Shown in pieces: positions 13,701 through 28,749 of a stretch of DNA of 64,000 nucleotides. Position 1 is the first letter of the stretch, and each line of letters starts with the position of its first letter. Location: contig OZ024744.1 in assembly GCA_964016885.1 (NCBI GenBank), forward strand, positions 31,558,001 to 31,622,000, read 5' to 3'. The notes beneath the pieces were generated by a model. That model saw only the letters and a program-made list of their open reading frames with translations. It was not told the DNA's origin and searched no databases. Origin of the DNA: Eledone cirrhosa. Lineage: Eukaryota. The position numbers and the translations under genes were made by a program.

Positions 13701-16700
13701 CACGACCAACTGAGACGTTGGTAAACCCAGTACAAACTAATGTTCTCTGTCATGGCCAACTGACACGTAGGTAAACCCAGTACTAACTAATGTCCTCTGT
13801 CATGGCCAACTGAGACGTTGGTAAACCCAGTATTAACTAATGTCCTATGTCATGGCCAACTGCGACATTGGTAAACCCAGTACTAACTAATGTCGTATGT
13901 CATGGCCAACTGAGACATTGGTAAACCCAGTACTAACTAATGTCCTATGTCATCGCCAACTGAGACGTTGGTAAACCCAGTACTAACTAATGTCCTATGT
14001 CATGACCAACATAGACGTTGGTAAACCCAGTACTAAATAATGTCCTCTGTCATGGCCAAATGAGACGTTGGTAAACCCAGTACTAACTAATGTCCTATGT
14101 CATGGCCAACTGAGACGTTGATAAACCCAGTACTAACTAATGTCCTATGTCATGACCAACTGAGACATTGGTAAACCCAGTACTAACTAATGTCCTCTGT
14201 CATTAACAACTGAGACGTAGGTAAACCCAGTACTAACTAATGTCCTCTGTCATGGCCAACTGAGACATTGGTAAACCCAGTACTAACTAATGTCCTCTGT
14301 CATGGCCAACCGAGACGGTGGTAATCCCAGTACTAACTAATGTCCACTGACATGGCCAACGGAGACGTTGGTAAACCCAGTACTAACTAATGTCCTATGT
14401 CATGACCAACTGAGACATTGGTAAACCCAGTACTAACTAATGTCCTCTGTCATGGCCAACTGAGACATTCGTAAACCCAGTACTAACTAATGTCCTCTGT
14501 TATGGCCAACTGAGAGATTGGTAAACCCAGTACTAACTAATGTCCTATGTCATGACCAACTGAGACATTGGTAAACCCAGTACTAAGTAATGTCCTATGT
14601 CATTGCCAACTGTGACGTTGGTAAACCCAGTACTAGCTAATGTCCTCTGTCATGGCCAACTGAGACATTGGTAAACCCAGTACTAACTAATGTCCTATGT
14701 CATGGCCAACTGAGACATTGGTAAACCCAGTACTAACTAATGTCCTCTGTCATGGCCAACTGAGACATTCGTAAACCCAGTACTAACTAATGTCCTCTGT
14801 TATGGCCAACTGAGAGATTGGTAAACCCAGTACTAAGTAATGTCCTATGTCATTGCCAACTGAGACGTTGGTAAACCCAGTACTAACTAATGTCCTATGT
14901 CATCGCCAACTGAGACGTTGGTAAACCCAGTACTAACTAATGTCCTATGTCATGACCAACTGAGACGTTGGTAAACCCAGTACTAACTAATGTCCTCTGT
15001 CATGGCCAACTTAGACGTAGGTAAACCCAGTACTAACTAATGTCCTCTGTCATGCCCAACTGAGACGTTGGTAAACCCAGTACTAACTAATGTCCTCTGT
15101 CATTAACAACTGAGACGTAGGTAAACCCAGTACTAACTAATGTCCTATGTCATGGCCAACTGAGACGTTGGTAAACCCAGTATTAACTAATGTCCTATGT
15201 CATGACCAACTGAGACATTGGTAAACCCAGTACTAACTAATGTCCTATGTCATGTCCAACTGAGACGTTGGTAAACCCAGTACTAACTAATGTCTTATGT
15301 CATGGCCAATTGAGACATTGGTAAACCCAGTACTAACTAATGTCCTCTGTCATGGCCAACCGAGACGGTGGTAAACCCAGTACTAACTAATGTCCTCTGT
15401 CATAGCCAACTGAGACGTAGGTAAACCCAGTACTAACTAATGTCCTCTGTCATGACCAACTGAGATATTGCTAAACCCAGTGTTATCTAATGTCCTATGT
15501 CATGACCAACTGAGACGTTGGTATACCCAGTACTAACGAATGCCTCTGTCATGGCCAACTGAGACATTGTTAAACCCAGTATAAACTAATGACCTATGTC
15601 ATGGCCAACTGAGACGTTGGTAAACCCAGTACTAATTAATGTCCTCTCTCATGGCCAACTGAGACGATGGTAAACCCAGTACTAACTAATGTCCTCTGTC
15701 ATAGCCAACTGAGACATTGTTAAACCCAGTACTAACTAATGTCCTATGTCATGGCCAACTGAGACGTTGGTAAATCCAGTACTAACTAATGTCCTCTCTC
15801 ATGACCAACTGAGACGTTGGTAAACCCAGTACAAACTAATGTTCTCTGTCATGGCCAACTGACACGTAGGTAAACCCAGTACTAACTAATGTCCTATGTC
15901 ATCGCCAACTGAGACGTTGGTAAACCCAGTACTAACTAATGTCCTATGTCATGACCAACTGAGACGTTGGTAAACCCAGTACTAACTAATGTCCTCTGTC
16001 ATGGCCAACTTAGACGTAGGTAAACCCAGTACTAACTAATGTCCTCTGTCATGGCCAACTGAGACGTTGGTAAACCCAGTACTAACTAATGTCCTCTGTC
16101 ATTAACATCTGAGACGTAGGTAAACCCAGTATTAACTAATGTCCTATGTCATGACCAACTGAGACATTGGTAAACCCAGTACTAACTAATGTCCGATGTC
16201 ATGGCCAACTGAGACGTTGGTAAACCCAGTACTAACTAATGTCTTATGTCATGCCCAACTGAGACATTGGTAAACCCAGTACTAACTAATGTCCTCTGTC
16301 ATGGCCAACCGAGACGGTGGTATACCCAATACTAACTAATGTCCTCTGTCATAGCCAACTGAGACGTAGGTAAACCCAGTACTAACTAATGTCCTCTGTC
16401 ATGGCCACCTGAGACGTTGGTAAACCCAGTACTAACTAATGTCCTCTGTCATGACCAACTGAGATATTGCTAAACCCAGTGTTATCTAATGTCCTATGTC
16501 ATGACCAACTGAGACGTTGGTATACCCAGTACTAACGAATGCCTCTGTCATGGCCAACTGAGACATTGTTAAACCCAGTATAAACTAATGACCTATGTCA
16601 TGGCCAACCGAGACGTTGGTAAACCCAGTACTAATTAATGTCCTCTCTCATGGCCAACTGAGACGATGGTAAACCCAGTACTAAATAATGTCCTCTGTCA

Positions 16701-18000
16701 TGGCCAACTGAGCCGTTGGTAAACCCAGTACTATCTAATGTCCTATGTCATGACCAACTGAGACGATGGTAAACCCAGTACTAAATAATGTCCTCTGCCA
16801 TGGCCAACTGAAACATTGGTAAACCCAGTACTAACTAATGTCCTATGTCATGGCCAACTGAGCCGTTGGTAAACCCAGTACTATCTAATGTCCTATATCA
16901 TGACCAACTGAGACGTTGGTAAACCCAGTACTAACTAATGTCCTCTCTCATGGCCAACTGAGACATTCGTAAACCCAGTACTAACTAATGTCCTCTGTTA
17001 TGGCCAACTGAGAGATTGGTAAACCCAGTAGTAACTAGTGTCCTATGTCATGACCAACTGAGACATTGGTAAGCCCAGTAATAACTAATGTCCTATGTCA
17101 TTGCCAACTGAGACGTTGGTAAACCCAGTACTAACTAATGTCCTCTGTCATGGCCAACTGAGACATTGGTAAACCCAGTACTAACTAATGTCCTATGTCA
17201 TGACCAACTGAGACATTGGTAAACCCAGTACTAACTAATGTCCTATGACATGGCCAACTGAGACGTTGGTAAATCCAGTACTAACTAATGTCCTCTCTCA
17301 CGACCAACTGAGACGTTGGTAAACCCAGTACAAACTAATGTTCTCTGTCATGGCCAACTGACACGTAGGTAAACCCAGTACTAACTAATGTCCTCTGTCA
17401 TGGCCAACTGAGACGTTGGTAAACCCAGTATTAACTAATGTCCTATGTCATGGCCAACTGCGACATTGGTAAACCCAGTACTAACTAATGTCGTATGTCA
17501 TGGCCAACTGAGACATTGGTAAACCCAGTACTAACTAATGTCCTATGTCATCGCCAACTGAGACGTTGGTAAACCCAGTACTAACTAATGTCCTATGTCA
17601 TGACCAACATAGACGTTGGTAAACCCAGTACTAAATAATGTCCTCTGTCATGGCCAAATGAGACGTTGGTAAACCCAGTACTAACTAATGTCCTATGTCA
17701 TGGCCAACTGAGACGTTGATAAACCCAGTACTAACTAATGTCCTATGTCATGACCAACTGAGACATTGGTAAACCCAGTACTAACTAATGTCCTCTGTCA
17801 TTAACAACTGAGACGTAGGTAAACCCAGTACTAACTAATGTCCTCTGTCATGGCCAACTGAGACATTGGTAAACCCAGTACTAACTAATGTCCTCTGTCA
17901 TGGCCAACCGAGACGGTGGTAATCCCAGTACTAACTAATGTCCACTGACATGGCCAACGGAGACGTTGGTAAACCCAGTACTAACTAATGTCCTATGTCA
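10800..18000. repeat. Higher-order block B: two copies, period 3598 bp (72 monomers, two of them 49-mers)
   Basis: 1-bp deletion monomer 'aatgcctctg' at 11941/15539 and 12940/16538; both offsets are 3598. Confidence 0.9.
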
Positions 18001-21000
18001 TGACCAACTGAGACATTGGTAAACCCAGTACTAACTAATGTCCTATGTCATGGCCAACTGAGACATTGGTAAACCCAGTACTATCTAATGTCCTATGTCA
18101 TGGCACACTGAGACATTGGTAAACCCAGTACTAATTAATGTCCTCTCTCATGGCCAATTGAGACCTTGGTAAACCCAGTACTAACTAATGTCCTCTTTCA
18201 TAGCCAACTGAGACGTAGGTAAACCCAGTACTAACTAATGTCCTCTGTCATGGCCAACTGAGACGTTGGTAAACCCAGTACTAACTAATGTCCTCTGTCA
18301 TGGCCAACTGAGACGTTGGTAAACCCAGTACTAACTAATGTTCTCTGTCATGGCCAACTGAGACGTTGGTAAACCCAGTACTAACTAATGTCCTATGTCA
18401 TGGCCAACTGAGTCGTTGGTAAACCCAGTACTATCTAATGACCTATGTCATGACCAACTGAGACGTTTGTAAACCCAGTACTAACTAATGTCCTCTGTCA
18501 TGGCCAAATGAGACATTCGTAAACCCAGTACTAACTAATGTCCTCTGTTATGGCCAACTGAGAGATTGGTAAACCCAGTACTAACTAATGTCCTATGTCA
18601 TGACCAACTGAGACATTGGTAAACCCAGTACTAAGTAATGCCCTATGTCATTGCCAACTGAGACGTTGGTAAACCCAGTACTAACTAATGTCCTCTGTCA
18701 TGGCCAACTGAGACATTGGTAAACCCAGTACTAACTAATGTCCTCTGTCGTTAACAACTGAGACGTAGGTAAACCCAGTACTAACTACTGTCCTCTGTCA
18801 TGGCCACCTGAGACGTTGGTAAACCCAGTACTAACTAATGTCCTCTGTCATGGCCAACTGAGACGTTGGTAAACCCAGTACTAACTAATGTCCTCTGTCA
18901 TGGCCAACTGAGACGTAGGTAAACCCAGTACTAACTAATGTCCTATGTCATGGCCAACTGAGACGTTGGTAAACCCAGTATTAACTAATGTCCTATGTCA
19001 TGACCAACTGAGACATTGGTAAACCCAGTACTAACTAATGTCCTATGTCATGGCCAACCGAGACGGTGGTAAACCCACTACTAACTAATGTCCTCTGTCA
19101 TGGCCAACGGAGACGTTGGTAATCCCAGTACTAACTAATGTCCTATGTCATGACCATCTGAGACATTGGTAAACACAGTACTAACTAATGTCCGCTCTCA
19201 TGGCCAACTGAGACGTTGGTAAACCCAGTACTAACTAATGTCCTCTGTCATAGCCAACTGAGACGTAGGTAAACTCAGTACTAACTAATGTCCTCTGTCA
19301 TGGCCAACTGAGACGTTGGTAAACCCAGAACTAACTAATGTCCTCTGTCATGGCCAACTGAGATATTGCTAAACCCAGTGTTATCTAATGTCCTATGTCA
19401 TGACCAATTGAGACGTTGGTATACCCAGTACTAACGAATGTCCTCTGTCATGGCCAACTGAGACATTGGTAAACACAGTATAAACTAATGACCTATGTCA
19501 TGGCCAACTGAGACGTTAGTAAACCCAGTACTAACTAATGTCCTATGTCATGACCAACTGAGACGTTGGTAAACCCAGTACTAACTAATGTTCTCTGTCA
19601 TGGCCAACTGAGACGTAGGTAAACCCAGTACTAACTAATGTCCTCTGTCATGGCCAACTGAGACATTCGTAAACCCAGTACTAACTAATGTCCAATGTCA
19701 TGCCCAACTGAGACATTGGTAAACCCAGTACTAACTAATGTCCTATGTCATGGCCAACTGAGACGTTGGTAAATCCAGTACTAACTAATGTCCTCTCTCA
19801 TGAGCAACTGAGACGTTGGTAAACCCAGTACTAACTAATGTCCTATGTCATGACCAACTGAGACGTTGGTAAACCCAGTACTAACTAATGTCCTCTGTTA
19901 TGGCCAACTGACACATTCGTAAACCCAGTACTAACTAATGTCCTCTGTCATGGCCAACTGAGAGATTGGTAAACCCAGTACTAACTCATGTCCTATGTCA
20001 TGATCAACTGAGATATTGGTAAACCCATTACTAACTAATGTCCTATGTCATGGCCAACTGAGACGTTGGTAAATCCAGTACTAACTAATGTCCTCTCTCA
20101 TGGCCAACTGAGACGTTGGTAAACCCAGTATTAACTAATGTCCTATGTCATGGCCAACTGAAACGATGGTAAACCCAGTACTAAATAATGTCCTCTGCCA
20201 TGGCCAACTGAGACATTGGTAAACCCAGTACTATCTAATGTCCTATGTCATGGCAGACTGAGACGTTGGTAAACCCAGTACTAATTAATGTCCTCTCTCA
20301 TGGCCAACTGAGACGATGGTAAACCCAGTACTAAATAATGTCCTCTGTCATGGCCAACTGAGACATTGGTAAACCCAGTACTAACTAATGTCCCCTGTCA
20401 TGGCCAACTGAGTCGTTGGTAAACCCAGTACTATCTAATGTCCTATGTCATGACCAACTGAGACGTTGGTAAACCCAGTACTAACTAATGTCCTATGTCA
20501 TGGCCAACTGAGACGATGGTAAACCCAGTACTAAATAATGTCCTCTGCCATGGCCAACTGAGACATTGGTAAACCCAGTACTAACTAATGTCCTATGTCA
20601 TGGCCAACTGAGACATTGGTAAACCCAGTACTATCTAATGTGCTCTGTCATGGCACACTGAGACGTTGGTAAACCCAGTACTAATAAATGTCCTCTCTCA
20701 TGGCCAACTGAGACGTTGGTAAACCCAGTACTAAATAATGTCCTCTGTCATGGCCAACTGAGACATTCGTAAACCCAGTACTAACTAATGTCCTCTGTTA
20801 TGGCCAACTGAGAGATTGGTAAACCCAGTCCTAACTAATGTCCTATGTCATGACCAACTGAGACATTGGTAAACCCAGTACTAACTAATGTCCTATGTCA
20901 TTGCCAACTGTGACGTTGGTACACCCAGTACTAACTAATGTCCTCTGTCATGGCCAACTGAGACATTGGTAAACCCAGTACTAACTAATGTCCTATGTCA

Positions 21001-24000
21001 TGACCAACTGAGACATTGGTAAACCCAGTACTAACTAATGTCCTATGACATGGCCAACTGAGACGTTGGTAAATCCAGTACTAACTAATGTCCTCTCTCA
21101 TGACCAACTGAGACGTTGGTAAACCCAATACAAACTAATGTTCTCTGTAATGGCCAACTGACACGTAGGTAAACCCAGTACTAACTAATGTCCTCTGTCA
21201 TGGCCAACTGAGACGTTGGTAAACCCAGTATTAACTAATGTCCTATGTCATGGCCAACTGCGACATTGGTAAACCCAGTACTAACTAATGTCGTATGTCA
21301 TGGCCAACTGAGACGTTGGTAAACCCAGTACTAACTAATGTCCTATGTCATGACCAACATAGACGTTGGTAAACCCAGTACTAAATAATGTCCTCTGTCA
21401 TGGCCAAATGAGACGTTGGTAAACCCAGTACTAACTAATGTCCTATGTCATGGCCAACTGAGACGTTGATAAACCCAGTACTAACTAATGTCCTATGTCA
21501 TGACCAACTGAGACATTGGTAAACCCAGTACTAACTAATGTCCTCTGTCATTAACAACTGAGACGTAGGTAAACCCAGTACTAACTAATGTCCTCTGTCA
21601 TGGCCAACTGAGACATTGGTAAACCCAGTACTAACTAATGTCCTCTGTCATGGCCAACCGAGACGGTGGTAATCCCAGTACTAACTAATGTCCACTGACA
21701 TGGCCAACGGAGACGTTGGTAAACCCAGTACTAACTAATGTCCTATGTCATGACCAACTGAGACATTGGTAAACCCAGTACTAACTAATGTCCTATGTCA
21801 TGGCCAACTGAGACATTGGTAAACCCAGTACTATCTAATGTCCTATGTCATGGCACACTGAGACATTGGTAAACCCAGTACTAATTAATGTCCTCTCTCA
21901 TGGCCAATTGAGACCTTGGTAAACCCAGTACTAACTAATGTCCCCTTTCATAGCCAACTGAGACGTAGGTAAACCCAGTACTAACTAATGTCCTCTGTCA
22001 TGGCCAACTGAGACGTTGGTAAACCCAGTACTAACTAATGTCCTCTGTCATGGCCAACTGAGACGTTGGTAAACCCAGTACTAACTAATGTTCTCTGTCA
22101 TGGCCAACTGAGACGTTGGTAAACCCAGTACTAACTAATGTCCTATGTCATGGCCAACTGAGTCGTTGGTAAACCCAGTACTATCTAATGACCTATGTCA
22201 TGACCAACTGAGACGTTGGTAAACCCAGTACTAACTAATGTCCTCTGTCATGGCCAAATGAGACATTCGTAAACCCAGTACTAACTAATGTCCTCTGTTA
22301 TGGCCAACTGAGAGATTGGTAAACCCAGTACTAACTAATGTCCTATGTCATGACCAACTGAGACATTGGTAAACCCAGTACTAAGTAATGCCCTATGTCA
22401 TTGCCAACTGAGACGTTGGTAAACCCAGTACTAACTAATGTCCTCTGTCATGGCCAACTGAGACATTGGTAAACCCAGTACTAACTAATGTCCTCTGTCG
22501 TTAACAACTGAGACGTAGGTAAACCCAGTACTAACTACTGTCCTCTGTCATGGCCACCTGAGACGTTGGTAAACCCAGTACTAACTAATGTCCTCTGTCA
22601 TGGCCAACTGAGACGTAGGTAAACCCAGTACTAACTAATGTCCTATGTCATGGCCAACTGAGACGTTGGTAAACCCAGTATTAACTAATGTCCTATGTCA
22701 TGACCAACTGAGACATTGGTAAACCCAGTACTAACTAATGTCCTATGTCATGGCCAACCGAGACGGTGGTAAACCCACTACTAACTAATGTCCTCTGTCA
22801 TGGCCAACGGAGACGTTGGTAATCCCAGTACTAACTAATGTCCTATGTCATGACCATCTGAGACATTGGTAAACACAGTACTAACTAATGTCCGCTCTCA
22901 TGGCCAACTGAGACGTTGGTAAACCCAGTACTAACTAATGTCCTCTGTCATAGCCAACTGAGACGTAGGTAAACCCAGTACTAACTAATGTCCTCTGTCA
23001 TGGCCAACTGAGACGTTGGTAAACCCAGAACTAACTAATGTCCTCTGTCATGGCCAACTGAGATATTGCTAAACCCAGTGTTATCTAATGTCCTATGTCA
23101 TGACCAATTGAGACGTTGGTATACCCAGTACTAACGAATGTCCTCTGTCATGGCCAACTGAGACATTGGTAAACACAGTATAAACTAATGACCTATGTCA
23201 TGGCCAACTGAGACGTTAGTAAACCCAGTACTAACTAATGTCCTATGTCATGACCAACTGAGACGTTGGTGAACCCAGTACTAACTAATGTTCTCTGTCA
23301 TGGCCAACTGAGACGTAGGTAAACCCAGTACTAACTAATGTCCTCTGTCATGGCCAACTGAGACATTCGTAAACCCAGTACTAACTAATGTCCAATGTCA
23401 TGCCCAACTGAGACATTGGTAAACCCAGTACTAACTAATGTCCTATGTCATGGCCAACTGAGACGTTGGTAAATCCAGTACTAACTAATGTCCTCTCTCA
23501 TGAGCAACTGAGACGTTGGTAAACCCAGTACTAACTAATGTCCTATGTCATGACCAACTGAGACGTTGGTAAACCCAGTACTAACTAATGTCCTCTGTTA
23601 TGGCCAACTGACACATTCGTAAACCCAGTACTAACTAATGTCCTCTGTCATGGCCAACTGAGAGATTGGTAAACCCAGTACTAACTCATGTCCTATGTCA
23701 TGATCAACTGAGATATTGGTAAACCCATTACTAACTAATGTCCTATGTCATGGCCAACTGAGACGTTGGTAAATCCAGTACTAACTAATGTCCTCTCTCA
23801 TGGCCAACTGAGACGTTGGTAAACCCAGTATTAACTAATGTCCTATGTCATGGCCAACTGAAACGATGGTAAACCCAGTACTAAATAATGTCCTCTGCCA
23901 TGGCCAACTGAGACATTGGTAAACCCAGTACTATCTAATGTCCTATGTCATGGCAGACTGAGACGTTGGTAAACCCAGTACTAATTAATGTCCTCTCTCA

Positions 24001-25000
24001 TGGCCAACTGAGACGATGGTAAACCCAGTACTAAATAATGTCCTCTGTCATGGCCAACTGAGACATTGGTAAACCCAGTACTAACTAATGTCCCCTGTCA
24101 TGGCCAACTGAGTCGTTGGTAAACCCAGTACTATCTAATGTCCTATGTCATGACCAACTGAGACGTTGGTAAACCCAGTACTAACTAATGTCCTATGTCA
24201 TGGCCAACTGAGACGATGGTAAACCCAGTACTAAATAATGTCCTCTGCCATGGCCAACTGAGACATTGGTAAACCCAGTACTAACTAATGTCCTATGTCA
24301 TGGCCAACTGAGACATTGGTAAACCCAGTACTATCTAATGTGCTCTGTCATGGCACACTGAGACGTTGGTAAACCCAGTACTAATAAATGTCCTCTCTCA
24401 TGGCCAACTGAGACGTTGGTAAACCCAGTACTAAATAATGTCCTCTGTCATGGCCAACTGAGACATTCGTAAACCCAGTACTAACTAATGTCCTCTGTTA
24501 TGGCCAACTGAGAGATTGGTAAACCCAGTACTAACTAATGTCCTATGTCATGACCAACTGAGACATTGGTAAACCCAGTACTAACTAATGTCCTATGTCA
24601 TTGCCAACTGTGACGTTGGTACACCCAGTACTAACTAATGTCCTCTGTCATGGCCAACTGAGACATTGGTAAACCCAGTACTAACTAATGTCCTATGTCA
24701 TGACCAACTGAGACATTGGTAAACCCAGTACTATCTAATGTCCTATGACATGGCCAACTGAGACGTTGGTAAATCCAGTACTAACTAATGTCCTCTCTCA
24801 TGACCAACTGAGACGTTGGTAAACCCAATACAAACTAATGTTCTCTGTAATGGCCAACTGACACGTAGGTAAACCCAGTACTAACTAATGTCCTCTGTCA
24901 TGGCCAACTGAGACGTTGGTAAACCCAGTATTAACTAATGTCCTATGTCATGGCCAACTGCGACATTGGTAAACCCAGTACTAACTAATGTCGTATGTCA
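17200..25000. repeat. Higher-order block C: two copies, period ~3700-3750 bp, with a more diverged partial third copy to ~27600
   Basis: 'aaacccagaa' at 19321/23021; 'tgctctgtcatggcac' at 20641/24341; 'tggccaattgagacctt' at 18151/21901/25501. Confidence 0.85.
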
Positions 25001-28000
25001 TGGCCAACTGAGACATTGGTAAACCCAGTACTAACTAATGTCCTATGTCATCGCCAACTGAGACGTTGATAAACCCAGTACTAACTAATGTCCTATGTCA
25101 TGACCAACTGAGACATTGGTAAACCCAGTACTAACTAATGTCCTCTGTCATTAACAACTGAGACGTAGGTAAACCCAGTACTAACTAATGTCCTCTGTCA
25201 TGGCCAACTGAGACATTGGTAAACCCAGTACTAACTAATGTCCTCTGTCATGGCCAACCGAGACCGTGGTAAACCCAGTACTAACTAATGTCCTCTGACA
25301 TGGCCAACGGAGACGTTGGTAAACCCAGTACTAACTAATGTCCTATGTCATGACCAACTGAGACATTGGTAAACCCAGTACTAACTAATGTCCTATGTCA
25401 TGGCCAACTGAGACATTGGTAAACCCAGTACTATCTGATGTCCTATGTCATGGCACACTGAGACGTTGGTAAACCCAGTACTAATTAATGTCCTCTCTCA
25501 TGGCCAATTGAGACCTTGGTAAACCCAGTACTAACTAATGTCCTCTTTCATAGCCAACTGAGACGTAGGTAAACCCAGTACTAACTAATGTCCTCTGTCA
25601 TGGCCAACTGAGACGTTGGTAAACCCAGTACTAACTAATGTCCTCTGTCATGGCCAACTGAGACGGTGGTAAACCCAGTACTAACTAATGTTCTCTGTCA
25701 TGGCCAACTGAGACGTTGGTAAACCCAGTACTAACTAATGTCCGATGTCGTGGCCAACTGAGTCGTTGGTAAACCCAGTACTATCTAATGACCTATGTCA
25801 TGACCAACTGAGACGTTGCTAAACCCAGTACTAACTAAAGTCCTCTGTCATGGCCAAATGAGACATTCGTAAACCCAGTACTAACTAATGTCCTATGTCA
25901 TGACCAACTGAGACATTGGTAAACCCAGTACTAAGTAATGTCCTATGTCATTGCCAACTGAGACGTTGGTAAACCCAGTACTAACTAATGTCCTCTGTCA
26001 TGGCCAACTGAGACATTGGTAAACCCAGTACTAACTAATGTCCTATGTCATGACTAACTGAGACATTGGTAAACCCAGTACTAACTAATGTCCTATGTCA
26101 TGGCCAATTGAGACGTTGGTAAATCCAGTACTAACTAATGTCCTCTCTCATGACCAACTGAGACGTTGGTAAACCCAGTACAATCTAATGTTCTCTGCCA
26201 TGGCCAATTGAGACGTTGGTAAACCCAGTACTAACTAATGTCCTCTGTCGTTAACAACTGAGACGTAGGTAAACCCAGTACTAACTACTGTCCTCTGTCA
26301 TGGCCAACTGAGACGTTGGTAAACCCAGTACTAACTAATGTCCTCTGTCATGGCCAACTGAGACGTTGGTAAACCCAGTACTAACTAATGTCCTCTGTCA
26401 TAGCCAACTGAGACGTAGGTAAACCCAGTACTAACTAATGTCCTCTGTCATGGCCAACTGAGACGTTGGTAAACCCAGTACTAACTAATGTCCTCTGTCA
26501 TGGCCAACTGAGATATTGCTAAACCCAGTGTTATCTAATGTCCTATGTCATGACCAACTGAGACGTTGGTATACCCAGTACTAACTAATGTCCTCTGTCA
26601 TGGCCAACTGAGACATTGGTAAACACAGTATAAACTAATGACCTATGTCATGGCCAACTGAGACGTTAGTAAACCCAGTACTAACTAATGTCCTATGTCA
26701 TGACCAACTGAGACGTTGGTAAACCCAGTACTAACTAATGTTCTCTGTCATGGCCAACTGAGACGTAGGTAAACCCAGTACTAACTAATGTCCTCTGTCA
26801 TGGCCAACTGAGACATTCGTAAACCCAGTACTAACTAATGTCCTATGTCATGCTCAACTGAGACATTGGTAAACCCAGTACTAACTAATGTCCTATGTCA
26901 TGGCCAACTGAGACGTTGGTAAATCCAGTACTAACTAATGTCCTCTCTCATGAGCAACTGAGACGTTGGTAAACCCAGTACTAACTAATGTCCTATGTCA
27001 TGACCAACTGAGACGTTGGTAAACCCAGTACTAACTAATGTCCTCTGTTATGGCCAACTGAAACGATGGTAAACCCAGTACTAAATAATGTCCTCTGCCA
27101 TGGCCAACTGAGACATTGGTAAACCCAGTACTATCTAATGTCCTATGTCATGGCAGACTGAGACGTTGGTAAACACAGTACTAATTAATGTCCTCTCTCA
27201 TGGCCAACTGAGACGATGGTAAACCCAGTACTAAATAATGTCCTCTGTCATGGCCAACTGAGACATTGGTAAACCCAGTACTAACTAATGTCCTCTGTCA
27301 TGGCCAACTGAGTCGTTGGTAAACCCAGTACTATCTAATGTCCTATGTCATGACCAACTGAGACGTTGGTAAACCCAGTACTAACTAATGTCCTATGTCA
27401 TGGCCAACTGAGACGATGGTAAACCCAGTACTAAATAATGTCCTCTGCCATGGCCAACTGAGACATTGGTAAACCCAGTACTAACTAATGTCCTATGTCA
27501 TGGCCAACTGAGACATTGGTAAACCCAGTACTATCTAATGTCCTATGTCATGGCACACTGAGACGTTGGCAAACCCAGTACTAATAAATGTCCTCTCTCA
27601 TGGCCAACTGAGACATTGGTAAACCCAGTACTAACTAATGTCCTCTGTCATGGCCAACTGAGCCGTTGGTAAACCCAGTACTATCTAATGTCCTATGTCA
27701 TGACCAACTGAGACGGTTATAAACCCAGTACTAACTAATGTTCTCTGTCATGGCCAACTGAGACGTTGGTAAATCCAGTACTAACTAATGTCCTCTCTCA
27801 TGGCCAACTGAGACGTTGGTAAACCCAGTATTAACTAATGTCCTATGTCATGGCCAACTGAGACGATGGTAAACCCAGTACTAAATAATGTCCTCTGCCA
27901 TGGCCAACTGAGACATTGGTAAACCCAGTACTAACTAATGTCCTCTGTCATGGCCAACTGAGACGTTGGTAAACCCAGCACTAACTAATGTGCTCTGTCA

Positions 28001-28749
28001 TGGCCAACTGAGACGTTGGTAAACCCAGTACTAACTAATGTCCTCTGTCATGGCCAACTGAGACGTTGGTAACCCCAGTACTAACTAATGTCCTATGTCA
28101 TGGCCAACTGAGTCGTTGGTAAACCCAGTACTATCTAATGACCTATGTCATGACCAACTGAGACGTTGGTAAACCCAGTACTAACTAATGTCATCTGTCA
28201 TGGCCAAATGAGACATTCGTAAACCCAGTACTAACTAATGTCCTCTGTTATGGCCAACTGAGAGATTGGTAAACCCAGTACTAACTAATGTCCTATGTCA
28301 TGACCAACTGAGACATTGGTAAACCCAGTACTAAGTAATGTCCTATGTCATTGCCAACTGAGACGTTGGTAAACCCAGTACTAACTAATGTCCTCTGTCA
28401 TGGCCAACTGAGACATTGGTAAACCCAGTACTAACTAATGTCCTATGTCATGACCAACTGAGACATTGGTAAACCCAGTACTAACTAATGTCCTATGTCA
28501 TGGACAACTGAGACGTTGGTATATCAAGTACTAACTAATGTCCTCTCTCATGACCAACTGAGACGTTGGTAAACCCAGTACAATCTAATGTTCTCTGTCA
28601 TGGCCAACTGACACGTAGGTAAACCCAGTACTAACTAATGTCCTCTGTCATGGCCAACTGAGACGTTGGTAAACCCAGTATTAACTAATGTCCTATGTCA
28701 TGGCCAACTGAGACATTGGTAAACCCAGTACTAACTAATGTCGTATGTC